Program-made: the position numbers and the translations under genes
Part shown: piece by piece, positions 50,786 to 59,981 of the stretch
Numbering within the stretch: position 1 is the first letter of the stretch
How the letters are laid out: every line of letters starts with the position of its first letter
Assembly: GCA_045605785.1 (NCBI GenBank)
Contig: JAZUQP010000002.1
Coordinates: 38,378-102,377 of the forward strand
Direction: 5' to 3'
DNA length: 64,000 bases
Source of the DNA: Alistipes sp.
GTDB lineage: Bacteria > Bacteroidota > Bacteroidia > Bacteroidales > Rikenellaceae
Notes under the pieces: generated by a model
Told to the model about the DNA's origin: nothing
Database searches by the model: none
The model's input: only the letters and a program-made list of their open reading frames with translations

Positions 50786-53728
50786 TTACTCGGCAAAAAT
50801 CGTCACCTTCGACATGCGCATCTGCTTGGTGGCCGTAAAGGTTACCGTCTCTGCGCTACCCTCCCAGGTAGTCGTGGCGGCGTCGAAGGTACCCGTATCG
50901 GGTGCCAACGGACCGGGCTTGCTACCATAAGTCGTGAAGATGATCTTGGTAATGGTCTTGCCCTTACCGTCAATCTTCAAGATATCGCTTTGGTAGTAAC
51001 GGATACCGCCATCGCTGGCGTTGTAGTTCGTTACACTGCTACTCACCTGCGTAAAGGTGAAGTCGAAGTCGCCAAAGGTGGTCGTCTGCCCCTCGGCCGT
51101 AGCCAAGTTGGTAGCCTCGGAGAAGTAGTCCGAGAACTTAATCTCAACCGAACCGGCCTCGGGAACTACAGCCTCACCTACCTCGTGCGATACATAGATG
51201 GCATTCTTACCCTGGGGCGTTTCGTAGTAGGAGGTACGAATGGTCTGGAGCGTGATGATATCGCCATCCTTCAAACCGGCAGCCTCATACTGCACCTTTG
51301 CTTCGCCATCAGGCGAGAGCAGACCATAGATATAAACCGAACCCGTCTCGTCTACCAGGTCAAAATTACCATACAGCGTATTGGCGGTATTCATAATCTT
51401 ACCCGTCAGCTCATAGAGCTGGGTGTCGCTCTCGGGAGCGGCCAGGAACTCGGCCACCGTAGCCTTGATCACCTCGGGCTGCTCGGGATCCTCAGGCTGC
51501 TCGGGATCCTCGGGCTGCTCGGGATCCTCGGGATCGGGCGTAACGGCGGTGCCGTTCAGCTCGTAGAGAACTACGCCATAGTAGCCATTGCCCAAGTTCG
51601 AGGTCTTGTAGGCACCGAAGCGCTTGTACTCGGCATCGTAGCGGCAGAGGATAGCACGATCGGTAACCGAAGCATCGGCGATAAGATAGACACCATTATC
51701 GGCCGTGGCGGTCCAAGTCGTAGCGGTCTCGGCCGAGATAATCTTGGTACCCGAACCCGGGTAGGTCAGATAACCCTTCGAGCCCTTCAGCGTGTAGCCA
51801 CCTGCGGTCTCCTCGATGGTCACAGCGGCCGTCATAGGCATCTCAATCACACCATCTACGGGAGTTACCTCTACCACATCGGGCGTGCTACCCGAGCCGG
51901 TATTGATATACGAAGCGTTAAGAGCAGCATATACCGAACCGGTCTCGCCTACCAGCACATACTGCTTGCCGGGGGTGAGGGTCGTCACGCGGGCAAACTG
52001 GCCCTTCTCCACCTCGGGATCGGGCGCGGGCTCGGCGTTCTCGTCGGTAAAGTCGGCTACATCGGCAGCCGTACGGGGCATAATCTGGGCAGCACCCTGG
52101 TAGAGGGTAACATAACCTCTCATCGTACCCGTCTTGCTTGCAGCATAGGCCTTGCCTACGAAGTCGGCAGCACCCTTCTGCACATAGACCGTCAGATTCT
52201 TACCATCTGCGGTGAAGGTATGAGTCTTGTAGTTGTCGGCGGTGGTCCAGGTCTGCGAGGTGGCAGGCGAGGTTACATTCTCCAGCTCAACAACCATCGA
52301 CTGGTAGCTGGCCAGATCATCTACCGAAACCTTGATGGGGGTAATCTCGGCGGTACCCACCTTCTCGATCGTGCACCACTGCTCGGCAGCCGAACCGGTA
52401 ACCTCATATACACCGTTGTAGGTTACGACACGGGCCATACCGGCAGCGAGGGTAACCTTCACCTTATCGCCGGCCTCGAAGGTGTACTTCTCGTCGGCGG
52501 GGTCGGTAACACCGCTACCATAGAGCAGAATACCGTTGCCGGCCTCGGTGGCACCCTCGGTCATGATGGGCAGGTTCTTCGATACGGTGTTACCGGCAGC
52601 CTTGTTGGGAACTACCACACCGTATACCACTACATTGGCAGCGCTGTTGAGCACCGTCTGCGTAGCACCGGCATCCGTACACTTGGCCACAATCTCGGGA
52701 ATGGTCATCTCGACCGACTCACCCGTGGGAGGCGTTACGGGACCCGACGAACTGCCATCGAAGGTGATAGCCTCGCCGGCGCTCTGGGCAGCCGACAGCA
52801 GCACATCGTCCAGACGATAGGAGCTGGCTACCGAAGCGGCAAACTTGATCCACAGCGTCGTGGTACCCTCGGGCAGCGTGAAGTGAGCCGTAGCCACATT
52901 CCACTTCGCCTCGGCAATGTTGTGCGAGAGGGTGATGGGGGCCGACCAATTCTGACCGTCGGCAGAGAGGATCACGGTAAACTCGTTGGTCGAGAAGATG
53001 CTGCCATTATCCTGCGAATACTTCTCGGCACCAAAGCTCAGCTCGTAGTTCAGCGTAGCGGGCAGCGTGATGTTCTCGATCTGGAAGTAGGCACTGCTAC
53101 CGAAGAAGAGGTTGTTCTTACCCGAGCCGGCATAGTCCGAATAGCCACCGTTCGAGTTCGAGTTGTTGCGAGCCGACATACCGCTGAAGGAGTAGTTTAC
53201 CGTCTCGGCACCCGTACCCTCCTGGTTCTTCCAACCCTCGAACTGATCGAGGTAGGGCCAGCTCGTGCCATTGGTACCATAGGTCTTGGTGGCCTCCTCC
53301 TTGTCGAAGTTGTTCGAGTAGACATCCTCGGTGATGGGGGCCTCGCCGCCTACGGTCTGCACGATTGAGATCTTCTCGTCGGCATTACCCCAAGGGCCAT
53401 AGGTGGGGTGAATCAGGGTAAAGGTAATCTCGCCCGAACGAGCTGCGGTGGCCTCGCCAACCGAAACCTCGATGGTGCCGTTACCATCACCCTTGGTGGG
53501 GGTTACCGTCACCCAATCGGGCTTGGCAGCAACCTTCCACTGGCAGTTGGCCGTGATCTGCACAGCCTCGTAGCCACCCTGCTCATCGAAAGTCAGACTC
53601 TGGGCCGAAACCGAGAGAGCAGGAGCCTGGACCGTGTCGCTGTTGTCCTCCTCACAGCCCGTGAAGGCCATGGAGACAATACCCAACATAGCGACAAACA
53701 TCCACTTAAAGAAAATGTTTTTGCTCAT
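50786..53728 (-). CDS. Large multidomain surface lipoprotein (BACON plus OB-fold/DUF5689-like domains)
   Basis: Lipobox TGC; BACON ITANCQWKVAAKPDWVTV; TVAEFLAA..YELTGKI..YGNFDLVDETGSVYIYG OB-fold. Confidence 0.8.
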   Translation of the reverse strand: MSKNIFFKWMFVAMLGIVSMAFTGCEEDNSDTVQAPALSVSAQSLTFDEQGGYEAVQITANCQWKVAAKPDWVTVTPTKGDGNGTIEVSVGEATAARSGEITFTLIHPTYGPWGNADEKISIVQTVGGEAPITEDVYSNNFDKEEATKTYGTNGTSWPYLDQFEGWKNQEGTGAETVNYSFSGMSARNNSNSNGGYSDYAGSGKNNLFFGSSAYFQIENITLPATLNYELSFGAEKYSQDNGSIFSTNEFTVILSADGQNWSAPITLSHNIAEAKWNVATAHFTLPEGTTTLWIKFAASVASSYRLDDVLLSAAQSAGEAITFDGSSSGPVTPPTGESVEMTIPEIVAKCTDAGATQTVLNSAANVVVYGVVVPNKAAGNTVSKNLPIMTEGATEAGNGILLYGSGVTDPADEKYTFEAGDKVKVTLAAGMARVVTYNGVYEVTGSAAEQWCTIEKVGTAEITPIKVSVDDLASYQSMVVELENVTSPATSQTWTTADNYKTHTFTADGKNLTVYVQKGAADFVGKAYAASKTGTMRGYVTLYQGAAQIMPRTAADVADFTDENAEPAPDPEVEKGQFARVTTLTPGKQYVLVGETGSVYAALNASYINTGSGSTPDVVEVTPVDGVIEMPMTAAVTIEETAGGYTLKGSKGYLTYPGSGTKIISAETATTWTATADNGVYLIADASVTDRAILCRYDAEYKRFGAYKTSNLGNGYYGVVLYELNGTAVTPDPEDPEQPEDPEQPEDPEQPEVIKATVAEFLAAPESDTQLYELTGKIMNTANTLYGNFDLVDETGSVYIYGLLSPDGEAKVQYEAAGLKDGDIITLQTIRTSYYETPQGKNAIYVSHEVGEAVVPEAGSVEIKFSDYFSEATNLATAEGQTTTFGDFDFTFTQVSSSVTNYNASDGGIRYYQSDILKIDGKGKTITKIIFTTYGSKPGPLAPDTGTFDAATTTWEGSAETVTFTATKQMRMSKVTIFAE
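51473..51538. repeat. 18-bp coding tandem repeat (PEDPEQ linker)
   Basis: CTCGGGCTGCTCGGGATC x3 with one substitution, plus a partial unit. Confidence 0.9.
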
Positions 53729-53812
53729 AACTGTTTGAATTATTGGTGAATAAAATTGTTAATTACTCATTGCTTTCCCAACGCATGTACGCGCACGCGA
53801 GGGAAATGGCTA

Positions 53813-53844
53813 CAAATTTAGAAATTATTGGAGAAAAAAGCAAA
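53813..53844 (-). promoter_or_regulatory. Promoter of the nuclease/TBDR operon
   Basis: Minus strand TTTG-N20-TAAATTTG. Confidence 0.8.
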
Positions 53845-53847
53845 AAT

Positions 53848-53878
53848 AATTCACGATTCACAATTCAAAATTCAACAT
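53848..53878. repeat. Heptamer tandem repeat (AATTCAC-like)
   Basis: aattcac gattcac aattcaa aattcaa catt. Confidence 0.8.
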
Positions 53879-53919
53879 TGGCCCCTTTGATGATTGGGAT
53901 TTGGGAAATTTAAGGTGTT

Positions 53920-54032
53920 TAGAGGAGCCTATTTGTGCCGACATAAAATTCCCCCGAAAGGGCTGTACTAAAGCGTACTACCCTTTCGGGGGAGTGATTG
54001 AAGGGCAAAATTTGCCCTATAAAATCAACAAA
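53920..54032. repeat. Hairpin element, family copy B
   Basis: Shares GTGCCGACAT.AAAT, TGATTGA.G and AATTT.CC..TAAAATCAA with A2; perfect stem CCCCCGAAAGGG/CCCTTTCGGGGG. Confidence 0.88.
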
Positions 54033-54482
54033 TTATCGGATGCGGTCGAGCGAACGCACCAACAGCTCATCGCGGAGAATCGCTCTCGCAGCCAGCCAAA
54101 CAAAGAGAAGGCAAGCGAGAGGGAGGATGGCGGCAGGCATCAGGGAGCCCTTGTCAAGGGTGTTCTGCGGACCCCAATAGAGCATCGCCTCCATGGCAGC
54201 AACACCAACCAAGAGAACGGCCTCGGCAGCGCAGAGGCGAATCTGAAGCATGCGGCGCTTGTAGAGGAAGAGGGTGATTAAGGGGAGCAGAGTTGCGGCA
54301 CCCATCAGCAGGGAGAAGTAGATGGGGGTATTCCCGATGACCACCCCGTCCACGCGCAGGTTGAGCGCATGAAGCATGACCTGGTTGCCCTCGTGCGAAA
54401 ACCACATGAGCGGCAGGAAGAAACAGAGGGCCATCAGGGCCGTAATAAGGAGGAGCCAAAGGCTCTGAATGCGTTGAATCAT
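54033..54482 (-). CDS. DUF4293 family membrane protein
   Basis: MIQRIQSLWLL, IFLYKRRMLQIRL-like segment, AILRDELLVRSLDRIR. Confidence 0.88.
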   Translation of the reverse strand: MIQRIQSLWLLLITALMALCFFLPLMWFSHEGNQVMLHALNLRVDGVVIGNTPIYFSLLMGAATLLPLITLFLYKRRMLQIRLCAAEAVLLVGVAAMEAMLYWGPQNTLDKGSLMPAAILPLACLLFVWLAARAILRDELLVRSLDRIR

Positions 54483-54494
54483 CAGTTTAGGTAA

Positions 54495-55457
54495 TTATTC
54501 TATGCGTTTGTCAATCAAATAGTTGTTTCGGTTGGATGCTCCACGGTTAATCAGCTCGCCGAGGAAGCCTGCCAGGAAGAGCTGCACACCGAGAATGACA
54601 GCCAAAATCGCCAAATAGAAGAGCGGCTGGTCGGTCACGGGGCGCAGGGGCAGGGCGTTGAACTGCTTATAGAGTTTCTCGGCGATGACCCAGATGGTCG
54701 TACCACCTCCGAGCAGGAACATCAGCGTACCAAGCGAGCCGAAGAAGTACATCGGCGAGCGGCCGAAGTGGGACAGGAAGGTAACCGTAATCAGGTCGAG
54801 GTAGCCCTTCACCATACGCTCCAGGCCAAACTTCGAGTGGCCGTACTTGCGGGCGCGGTGCTCCACCACCTTCTCCCCTATTCGGCGGAAACCGGCCTGT
54901 TTGGCCAGGATGGGGATATAGCGGTGCATCTCGCCATAGAGTTCGATGGACTTAATCACCTTCTTGCGGTAGGCCTTCAGGCCGCAGTTGAAGTCGTGGA
55001 GCTTGATTCCCGACACTACGCGGGCCGTGAGGTTGAAGAACTTGCTGGGCCAGCGCTTGCCGATGGGGTCGTAACGCCGTTTTTTCCACCCCGATACAAG
55101 GTCGTAGCCCTCGTCGAGAATCATGCGACGCATGGCGGGAATCTCGTCGGGCGAGTCCTGCAGGTCGGCATCCATCGTAAAGACCACCTCGCCACGGGCC
55201 GCCTCGAAGCCACAGTAGAGGGCTCCCGACTTGCCGTAGTTGCGCGAGAAGCGGATGGCACGGATGGCAGGATAGCGCTCCTTGAGCTCCTCGATCACAC
55301 TCCACGAGTCGTCCGACGAGCCGTCGTCCACCATCACCACCTCGTAGGAGAGGTGATTTTTGAGGGCCACGCGGTCGATCCAAGCCACCAACTCGGGCAG
55401 CGACTCCTCTTCGTTATAGAGGGGTACGACGACCGAGATATCGAGTTTTTCCGCCAT
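54495..55457 (-). CDS. Glycosyltransferase family 2 (polyprenol-phosphate glycosyltransferase type)
   Basis: VVPLYNEEE, VDDGSSD, RNYGKS, MDADLQD, DFNCGLKAY, two C-terminal TMs. Confidence 0.92.
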   Translation of the reverse strand: MAEKLDISVVVPLYNEEESLPELVAWIDRVALKNHLSYEVVMVDDGSSDDSWSVIEELKERYPAIRAIRFSRNYGKSGALYCGFEAARGEVVFTMDADLQDSPDEIPAMRRMILDEGYDLVSGWKKRRYDPIGKRWPSKFFNLTARVVSGIKLHDFNCGLKAYRKKVIKSIELYGEMHRYIPILAKQAGFRRIGEKVVEHRARKYGHSKFGLERMVKGYLDLITVTFLSHFGRSPMYFFGSLGTLMFLLGGGTTIWVIAEKLYKQFNALPLRPVTDQPLFYLAILAVILGVQLFLAGFLGELINRGASNRNNYLIDKRIE

Positions 55458-55999
55458 TACTCTTCGCTGTTAGTGGTAAAGATGTCGGCACGACGACGGG
55501 TGAAGGCTGCAATAAAGAGGCCATAGAAGAGGCCGCGCAGCAACAGCCCGAGGGTGTGCGAGAGGAGCACCCACAGAGGCGAGAAGAGCATCGTCTGGTA
55601 GAGCTCCTTCATCTCGACCAGCTGATCGGTGGAGTAGAGCTTGGTCTGGGCCAAAGTAGCCACCATCGTCGAGCCCATCTCGCGGTAGAGCTCGGGGAAG
55701 AGGAGGTTGTGGGCGAAGATCTCGTAGGCACCCGAGACGATGCCGGCAAAGAGCGAGACGGCCAACACATACTTCAAGCCCTTGCCATAGGAGAAGTTGC
55801 CATCGGCAGCGAGCAGAGCGCGACGCTGCGTAAAGATGTAGAGCAGCGTAACGAATACGGCGATATGGAAGAGGTTAATCGCCGTGGCGAAGAGGCCCGA
55901 GCCGTGCAACAGGGCGGCCAGCAACAGAAAGACAATCTCAACAGCACCATAGATGGCACCATGGCGACTTGCGTCGCTCCAAAACTTGTTGTTATTCAT
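55457..55999 (-). CDS. DUF4199-like membrane protein
   Basis: Four TMs; FSYGKGLKY..SLFAGI; overlaps the GT2 start. Confidence 0.75.
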   Translation of the reverse strand: MNNNKFWSDASRHGAIYGAVEIVFLLLAALLHGSGLFATAINLFHIAVFVTLLYIFTQRRALLAADGNFSYGKGLKYVLAVSLFAGIVSGAYEIFAHNLLFPELYREMGSTMVATLAQTKLYSTDQLVEMKELYQTMLFSPLWVLLSHTLGLLLRGLFYGLFIAAFTRRRADIFTTNSEE

Positions 56000-56030
56000 T
56001 TTCGTAAGTTAATTTATATGCAGTTAAACT

Positions 56031-56633
56031 TTATTCCAATTCACCCAATCCTTCGCGGATGATTTCCACCTCGTCGCCACACAAATCGACGACCGTCGTG
56101 CGCTCGGTGGTACCGTAGCCGCCATCGACCACAAGGGCCACCTCACTGCCGAAGCGCTCGTCGAGAAGCTCGGGGTCGGTGGCGTACTCCTCCTCTCCCT
56201 CGACAATATCGACCGAGGTGGTGAGCATGGGGCATCCCAGGCGCTCGACCAGCGCACGGGCGATGGCGTTGTCGGGGATGCGGACACCGATGGTCTTTCG
56301 CTTCGAGAGGGCCTTGTCGGGCATACGCGACGAGGCGTTGAGCAGGAAGACGAAGGGGCCGGGCAGGTTGCGTTTGAGCAACTTGAAGGCCTCGTTATCC
56401 ACGCGACAGAACTCGGCCACCTGCGAGAGGTTCTCGAAGAGCACGGCAAACTCCTCGGCCACCTTGCCCTTCAGACGGCGCATCGCCTCGATCGCCTTGG
56501 GTGCGTGCAACGAGCATCCGAAGGCATAGACCGAGTCGGTGGGATAGATGACCACCCCACCCCTTTCAAGCACCTCAACCACCTGGGCCAAGGCACGCTC
56601 CGAAGGATTTTTATCGTAAATTTTGACTATCAT
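56031..56633 (-). CDS. Sua5/YciO/YrdC family protein
   Basis: IYPTDSVYAFGC, LPGPFVFLL, IGVRIPD, VVDGG; start set at MIVKIY. Confidence 0.92.
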   Translation of the reverse strand: MIVKIYDKNPSERALAQVVEVLERGGVVIYPTDSVYAFGCSLHAPKAIEAMRRLKGKVAEEFAVLFENLSQVAEFCRVDNEAFKLLKRNLPGPFVFLLNASSRMPDKALSKRKTIGVRIPDNAIARALVERLGCPMLTTSVDIVEGEEEYATDPELLDERFGSEVALVVDGGYGTTERTTVVDLCGDEVEIIREGLGELE

Positions 56634-57112
56634 TCCGACAAAGATAGGAAAAAGTTGGGAGATTCGCTCACTTTCGAGTGAGTTTTTCGCCGAGACCTCC
56701 CTGCAAACAGATGAGGCGTTGCGCCTCCGGGGGTACAAAATTATTGCTCTTACCACTTTTTTCGACAAAAGAGTGGGCCGGTTTTATGTATTTGAGGAAA
56801 AATTCCTATCTTTGTCTTGCCATGGCGCCCGATGTGCTTTGGCCATATACGAAAGTGTTTTCGTAGTCCGCACAAGAGAATGTGGAAGTTTTCAAGACAG
56901 CAGGACCAACGAACAGCACTCATTTCTTGTATAGCTATGCGGCTGCACACTCTTTGTGTACCCCATACTATTCAGGTGTGGGGCATTGTATCGTTTATAG
57001 CTGTCAGGTCATTCCACAACCTTCTTGTAGATAAACGAACCCAACTCCACACTTTCTTTTTATAGTAACCGACCCGCGGAGTTGGGGCCGAAAGCTAAAT
57101 CAAACTACAACA

Positions 57113-57604
57113 ATGAAGCGATTACTCTCCCTTCTTGTCTTGCTGATGGTTTCATCGGCCGCCTTTGCTCAACGATACGACATCGAGTATCAAGAGTCAT
57201 CGGCTCGCACCCTCGAATCGGAGCAACAGATGTTCCTGGCACCGCTAATTGCCGACCTCAAGGTCTCCCCCACGCGAATCACCCACACCGAGCGCGAGGC
57301 CTTTTCCGACATTGTGATTACGCCCGAGGTGATTGATGCCATCGCCACCTTTAAGAGCATCGCCCTCAGCCAGGCTGCACACGCCTTTAAGGCCGATGTG
57401 ATTGTGGGTGCCACCATCGATGTGAGGACCAACAGTTCGGGTCGCCTCGAAATCACCGTCACCGGCTACCCCGCCTCCTACTGCAACTTCCGCATTGCGC
57501 AGCGCACCGAACTCGAACTTATCGAGTTAGCCAATCGTGTAGATACCGGCGCCGATGGCACCCTGCTCGACAAGCCTCAATCACAACTTGAAATCGTAAA
57601 ATAA
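57113..57604 (+). CDS. Exported hypothetical protein
   Basis: Signal peptide (..SSAAFAQ), host-like codon usage. Confidence 0.75.
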   Translation: MKRLLSLLVLLMVSSAAFAQRYDIEYQESSARTLESEQQMFLAPLIADLKVSPTRITHTEREAFSDIVITPEVIDAIATFKSIALSQAAHAFKADVIVGATIDVRTNSSGRLEITVTGYPASYCNFRIAQRTELELIELANRVDTGADGTLLDKPQSQLEIVK

Positions 57605-57625
57605 CCCGCATAAAGAGTTGGAAAG

Positions 57626-58279
57626 ATGAAAAAACTACTTCTCGTTCTTCTCCTCGCCGTAGGAGTGAGCACCATTGCCGAAGCGCAACAGAAACACGAT
57701 TACAGCAAAACCACCTACATTAAGAAGAGACGACAACCCAAAAACCTCAACCCCGTAGAGCCCGGATTCCAGAGTATATTCGACTTCTCGGTAACACTTC
57801 CGAAAAGGGATATGGACGACCCTGCAATACTTGCTGATTATGTGGGTGGTTATCGTTTCAACAACATGTTCTTTTTAGGTGTAGGCGTAGGACTGGGAGC
57901 CGCCTTTGATTCAGATGTTAATGAGGAGGCGCATCGATATGATAATAGCGACTACCTCTGCTATACAAAGGCTGAAGCCTACGGGTTTACCTATCGCCTC
58001 TATATTCAAGGTCGAGTCTATCTGAGTAAAAAACGATTACAACCCTTTATGAGCGTTTCAATCGGCTATGAAGATTGCAGAGTAGAAAAGAAGCATAGTA
58101 GTTGCAGTCTCATCGGCGGCTCATGGTACGAAAGTTATCACGACTATTTCCTGTATGCCATGCCCGAGGTGGGTCTCAACTACCGCATAACGGACCGCGT
58201 AGGTGCCTTTCTCAGTGTCGGCTATGGCGCAACGATAAAAAACGGAGGTCTGCAGATCAAGCTCGGTGCCACCTTCTAA
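57626..58279 (+). CDS. Small outer-membrane beta-barrel protein, AT-richer than host genes
   Basis: Signal peptide; GGYRFNNMFFLGVGVG; terminal QIKLGATF. Confidence 0.8.
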   Translation: MKKLLLVLLLAVGVSTIAEAQQKHDYSKTTYIKKRRQPKNLNPVEPGFQSIFDFSVTLPKRDMDDPAILADYVGGYRFNNMFFLGVGVGLGAAFDSDVNEEAHRYDNSDYLCYTKAEAYGFTYRLYIQGRVYLSKKRLQPFMSVSIGYEDCRVEKKHSSCSLIGGSWYESYHDYFLYAMPEVGLNYRITDRVGAFLSVGYGATIKNGGLQIKLGATF

Positions 58280-58433
58280 TCCTGCTCGTCAAAAGAAGAG
58301 CCGCTATCGAACAAAGAGGTTACATTATCAGATTGTCCCCTTTTTACAAGGGCTTCACAATGACGATTCAACAAGAAAAATCAAGCACGGTGTGCTTGAT
58401 TTTTCTTAATGAAAGGCATCATATCCTACTGCG

Positions 58434-59444
58434 CTACTTGATTTTGCGGCGGTTCAGCTCGGCCGAGTAGGCGCGGGCATTCTTCAGGTGCTGCGAGTAG
58501 CTCGTGGCGAAGTTGTGGTAGCCGTCGAAGGTGGGACGGGCGCAGAAGTAGAGGTAACTGTGCTCCTCGAAGTGGAGCACCGCCTCGATCGCCTCACGCC
58601 CCGGCATACAGATGGGTGACGGGGGGAGCCCCTTGTTAATATAAGTATTATAGGGCGACTTATACTTCAGGTGCTTGTGCAGGATGCGGCGCAGCTCGAA
58701 GTTCTGCATGGCGTACTTCACCGTCGGGTCGGCCTGCAGAGGCATCCCCTTACGCAGGCGGTTGATATAGACACCGGCCACGCGGGGCATCTCGTCGGCC
58801 TTGCGCGTCTCCTCATAGACAATCGAGGCGAGGGTCATCACCTCCAGGCGGCTCAAGCCGCTGCGCTTGCGGGCGGCATCGCGCTCCTCGCTCCAGAAGC
58901 GGTCGTACTCGCGCTTCATGCGCTGCACGAAATCCTCGGGCGAGGTGGTCCACCACACCTCGTAGGTGTCGGGCAGGAACATCGAAAAGAGGGTCAGCGA
59001 GTCGAAGCCCACCTTGCGGGCCAGCTCCTTCGAGGTGAGGGCCGCCATCCACTCCGTGGAGTCGGCATCGAGCTGACGGGCGAGCTTTGCGGCGAGGTGG
59101 GCCGGGATTTTCACATTGTTCATCGTCACACGCACGGGGGTTTGCAGCCCCAACTTCACCATGCGCACCACCTCGATGACATCCATCCCCTCCTTCAGGG
59201 TGTAGTGGCCGGGCTTGAAGCTCCGCTCCAGGTCGAGGCGCTCGGCATAGAGGTCGAAGGCGGCATGGTGCTTGATTTTGGGCATCAGCGTATCGAGCAG
59301 CGCGGAGTAGTCGGCACGCTTCGAGAGGTAGAACTCCGCAGGCTCCACCACCGCATTTCCCTTGAACGAAACGACACCCCAGCAGGCCACGGCAGCCCCC
59401 ACAAGGAGCCCGACCGCAAAGGTGCGTAGGAGTAATTTTTTCAT
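58434..59444 (-). CDS. mltG: Endolytic transglycosylase MltG
   Basis: FLPDTY, TLASIVYEET, VAGVYINRL..GMPLQADPT, SPYNTY..GLPPSPI. Confidence 0.95.
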   Translation of the reverse strand: MKKLLLRTFAVGLLVGAAVACWGVVSFKGNAVVEPAEFYLSKRADYSALLDTLMPKIKHHAAFDLYAERLDLERSFKPGHYTLKEGMDVIEVVRMVKLGLQTPVRVTMNNVKIPAHLAAKLARQLDADSTEWMAALTSKELARKVGFDSLTLFSMFLPDTYEVWWTTSPEDFVQRMKREYDRFWSEERDAARKRSGLSRLEVMTLASIVYEETRKADEMPRVAGVYINRLRKGMPLQADPTVKYAMQNFELRRILHKHLKYKSPYNTYINKGLPPSPICMPGREAIEAVLHFEEHSYLYFCARPTFDGYHNFATSYSQHLKNARAYSAELNRRKIK

Positions 59445-59496
59445 TTCTCGACTGAAAATTTTTGCAAAGATAATAATTTTTTCTACTTTTGTGCCC

Positions 59497-59840
59497 GGGT
59501 AAGTCTTATACGACCAGCTCCTACAGACTCCCCCAGGTGCGGAAGCAAGCAAGGGTATGTGGTTGTAGCGGTGCGATATAAGTAGCTTACCCTTTTTTAT
59601 TTTTGAGTGATAAGGTGGCATTTGCGGCCGCTAACATAAAATCCAACAATGGGCAGTACCAAAAGTACAGCCCATCGTCGTTTTTACGGCCGAGCGTTGC
59701 AACTACCACCTTCTAACTCAAAAATTATTTGCGAGGATTGACGGCATTTGCGGCCGCTAACAATAAATATCGCGAATGGAACATACGCTTAGTATGCTCC
59801 GTCCGCGATTATTTTTGCCGAGCGTAGTGCCAATTCAAAA
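59497..59840. repeat. Tandem hairpin elements (copies C1 59600-59724, C2 ~59735-59840, and a divergent hairpin at 59497-59592)
   Basis: GGCATTTGCGGCCGCTAACA at 59617 and 59743; C1 termini TTTTTGAG/CTCAAAAA flanked by TTA on both sides. Confidence 0.85.
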
Positions 59841-59981
59841 TTTAGAATTTAGAATTCAAAATTGATTCCTTGACGCAAAGGTGTGGGAGGTATGGGAGTT
59901 GCGGGATATTTGCTCCTTGTCTTCCTAATTTCATAAGGTCAAAGAGAATAATTGTGAATCGTGAATTGTGAATTGTGAATT
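59832..59981. repeat. Two heptamer tandem-repeat tracts in opposite orientations
   Basis: aattcaa aatttag aatttag aattcaa (59832-59863); aattgtg aatcgtg aattgtg aattgtg (59950-59981), abutting glgB promoter TATCTTTG (59989-59996). Confidence 0.8.

Noticed and set aside
56870-57030. Calling the structured RNA 6S RNA or a named riboswitch
   Set aside because: No diagnostic sequence motifs recognised; left as an unnamed candidate
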